From: Octopus sinensis
Lineage: Eukaryota
DNA length: 64,000 bases
Direction of reading: 5' to 3'
NCBI RefSeq assembly: GCF_006345805.1
Contig: NC_043008.1
Location: 39,246,001-39,310,000 of the forward strand
How positions within the stretch are numbered: position 1 is the stretch's first letter; every line of letters begins with the position of its first letter. Both the position numbers and the translations under genes were made by a program. The notes under the pieces are model-generated. The model ran no database searches, was not told the origin of the DNA, and saw only the letters and a list, made by a program, of their open reading frames with translations. This document shows positions 61,641 through 64,000 of the stretch, piece by piece.

Positions 61641-62061
61641 GGAACTTTTCGGTTTGAACGGCAGTTTTTACTAGCGGTGTCATATGAAATTGTCACCCAT
61701 AATTATGACCCTAGTATCGAGCTATTGCATTTCAATCTGTTTTAGGGTTGGGGTTAGGATTAGGGGTGGGGGGAAGGGTATCTTTTTTTCTTCAGAAATG
61801 TAGATAAACCCAATCTGTTTCTTAAACGAGGGACATATTGATACGGTACAGAATGTTTTCACCTCAATAGACGTCATTGATTGGTTGAAATTGCGAAAAT
61901 TGAAGAAAAAACAACAAATATCTTACAAACCATAGAATTTTCTCAAAAACTCCAAGAGAAAAAGATGTTTTATAAACACATTCTACCAGTATACGAAGTT
62001 TAAAAGTGTTTAGTTACATGGAAATTATTTTAAAAAACTGCCGTTCAAACCGAAATGATCC
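61641..62061. mobile_element. Merlin-like MITE, copy 3
   Basis: Same TIRs (1 mismatch each); perfect 8-bp TSD CAATTCTG (61633-61640, 62062-62069). Confidence 0.87.
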
Positions 62062-62639
62062 CAATTCTGTAGTTCTGTTGTAGATAAACGCTGGAAATAT
62101 AGAAAGTTTACTTAAATCTAGAGCAAGAGTAACATTCGCCATGGTTGCATTGATAGTAAATACACCAGGTTGCTTATAACGGCACAAAAGTTTCATCGCG
62201 TGAGCAAAAAACTGAAGAGTCGATTTGAATGTGTTGACATATCACCGCTATTACTATCCAGCAAAGATGATGAGCAACAGGTTGTATCAGATGTGATATT
62301 TTAAACATTTGCTCATCTTACTAGCGGACGAGGATCATTTATCCTCATTGAAGTTATTCGCAGAGACACTTAACACGAACCTGCAGCTCTCCCTAAATTA
62401 ATGGGGAACGGAAATTCCAGACGGAAAATTGTGGAACGCAACTTGGTTGCAGCCGTTATGAGACGATGAATACTCCAGGTACATTTCCCTCTGTTTAAAA
62501 ATGTTCTGCCTATTGATAACTAAAATGTTTATTAAATGTGGATTTCGATAAAAATGTTGTTTGAGGATAATCAAGTAGTTATTTTCAAATGTGGTCTCTA
62601 AAGTCAAACACTACAGACCATAAACGACAGAAAGCAATG

Positions 62640-63760
62640 CTACTGGTGGCATATGAATTAACAATTAGAATTCTTGTGAGATTCAGGTTAGAAAATGTGC
62701 CAAAGCAATAATGAAGAAAGAAAAATTAATTAAGAAATAGATGAGGGAATGAGACCAACACAAACTTACAACTACTTAGGAGTAATTAATGTCTTGTCAA
62801 AATACTTTGTACACAAGATGAAAGAAACAGTAAGGAATATCATAGATGCGTTAGATTAATACGTAAAACAGACTACCTAAATTGGAAAAAGTAAAGTGAA
62901 AGTCATCGATACTTTAGCTGTCTCCTCAATAATTTGAAGTTATATTCTCAACTGGATGCTAACTGAATTAGCAGCAACAAGAAAATCTATAATTGTATAT
63001 AGATGATTTCTCGCCCTCAATATGACATTGAATGCCTTTAATTACCATAAATTTAGTATAGTAGCCTACTACAACTAAAATTGTATTACAGTATACACGA
63101 AGCATGAATATGCATATATCTTCTAAAGAACAAAATAACATTAAAGTTATATATTAAAAAAGGCTTAATACACAAGCAAAACTAGGAACTGTTTCTTGTT
63201 TCAAGGAAGACAATAAAGACATAAAAATGGCTGAAATAACAGATAGTAATGAGAACAGAAAAATAAGTGAAATTAACAGAAAATACAAAAAAAAAAAGAA
63301 AGCAATTGATTGATTTAAAGTATACAATACTAGAACGTTTGCAAGAAAACATCCATCTGCTGTAGTATTATAACACGTGGAGGTAGTTAAGGTGCATCGC
63401 AACATTTGCTGTGAAACACAGAATGCCATGATGAGACAGGAGTTTCAAGTGAAAAACTGGAACAGAACTTTACCACTTGAAGCAAGAACAAAATCTAATT
63501 ACGAAGAATATATTATCTGCAACATACGTGTAGAAGTTTGGAAGAAGGGATCTACCATATTTCCTCTGGTTGCATCGTTTTGCGTAAAGAAAAGAAAACA
63601 AAAATATACAAACTTGATATAGAATGGTTATGAACCAAACAATCAAATTAACATACCCTACTGGTGGCATAACCCTACAACCGAAAACGTTTCAGAGAAG
63701 GAAAAAATAAACATATCCTGGGACATGTCAATCCTCATAGTCAAGGGGTTCAAACTCGAT
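62640..63760 (+). pseudogene. Ancient decayed R4/Dong-type LINE fragment
   Basis: FRLE-KCAKAIMKK, QTYNYLGV, KVIDTLAVS, WWHNPTTENVSEKEKINISWDMSI match RT-thumb to RLE motifs of the 51-53 kb element. Confidence 0.7.
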
Positions 63761-64000
63761 CTAGTATCGATATTAAGGGCAACTAGTATATGAAATGCCC
63801 TCTCTGTAAAATATCGCTCCCATTCGTCAAGGAATGGAATTTTTTTGTAAAGAGAATGGTTTTTGTTTTTGGAAAATAGGGGACTAAGACCAGAAACAAT
63901 ATTTATGAGAATAGGTATCTTGAGAAGGATTGGAAAAAACATTGCGCGAAAATATTAATTATCCCGATGGCTAACAAATAAAGGCTATTTAAAGACAAAA

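Overview
AT-rich, microsatellite-laden eukaryotic DNA. Its tRNA-derived SINE families and overall texture strongly resemble octopus (coleoid cephalopod) genomic DNA; this is inferred, not searched. No complete intact host gene is visible, and nearly all listed ORFs are translations of simple repeats. The window holds four tRNA-headed SINE families, a co-oriented train of R4/Dong-type RLE non-LTR retrotransposons separated by (AAT)n arrays (49-59 kb, with older relics at 0-4 kb and 62-64 kb), an RTE LINE 3' end, two non-autonomous Helitrons (one carrying a Pif1-helicase C-terminus), two mariner deletion derivatives, three Merlin-like MITEs with 8-bp TSDs and (TTAGGG)-like cores, and a related fold-back element. 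The most striking signal is eight type-I hammerhead-ribozyme motifs from about six unrelated small non-coding repeat families, most sitting in or beside (TA)n tracts. One is a fully canonical hammerhead in a 563-bp unit with 162-bp near-identical terminal repeats. Another is a head-to-head pair of circularly permuted, more-than-unit-length copies of a 358-bp unit with a non-canonical core. Both match the expectations for retrozyme / Penelope-pLTR-like elements with circular RNA intermediates. Weak host-gene traces, recognised only by eye, are an M6P-receptor-like exon candidate (7.7-8.1 kb), two discoidin (F5/8-C)-like remnants (33 kb, 41 kb) and a PKD-like fragment (62 kb).
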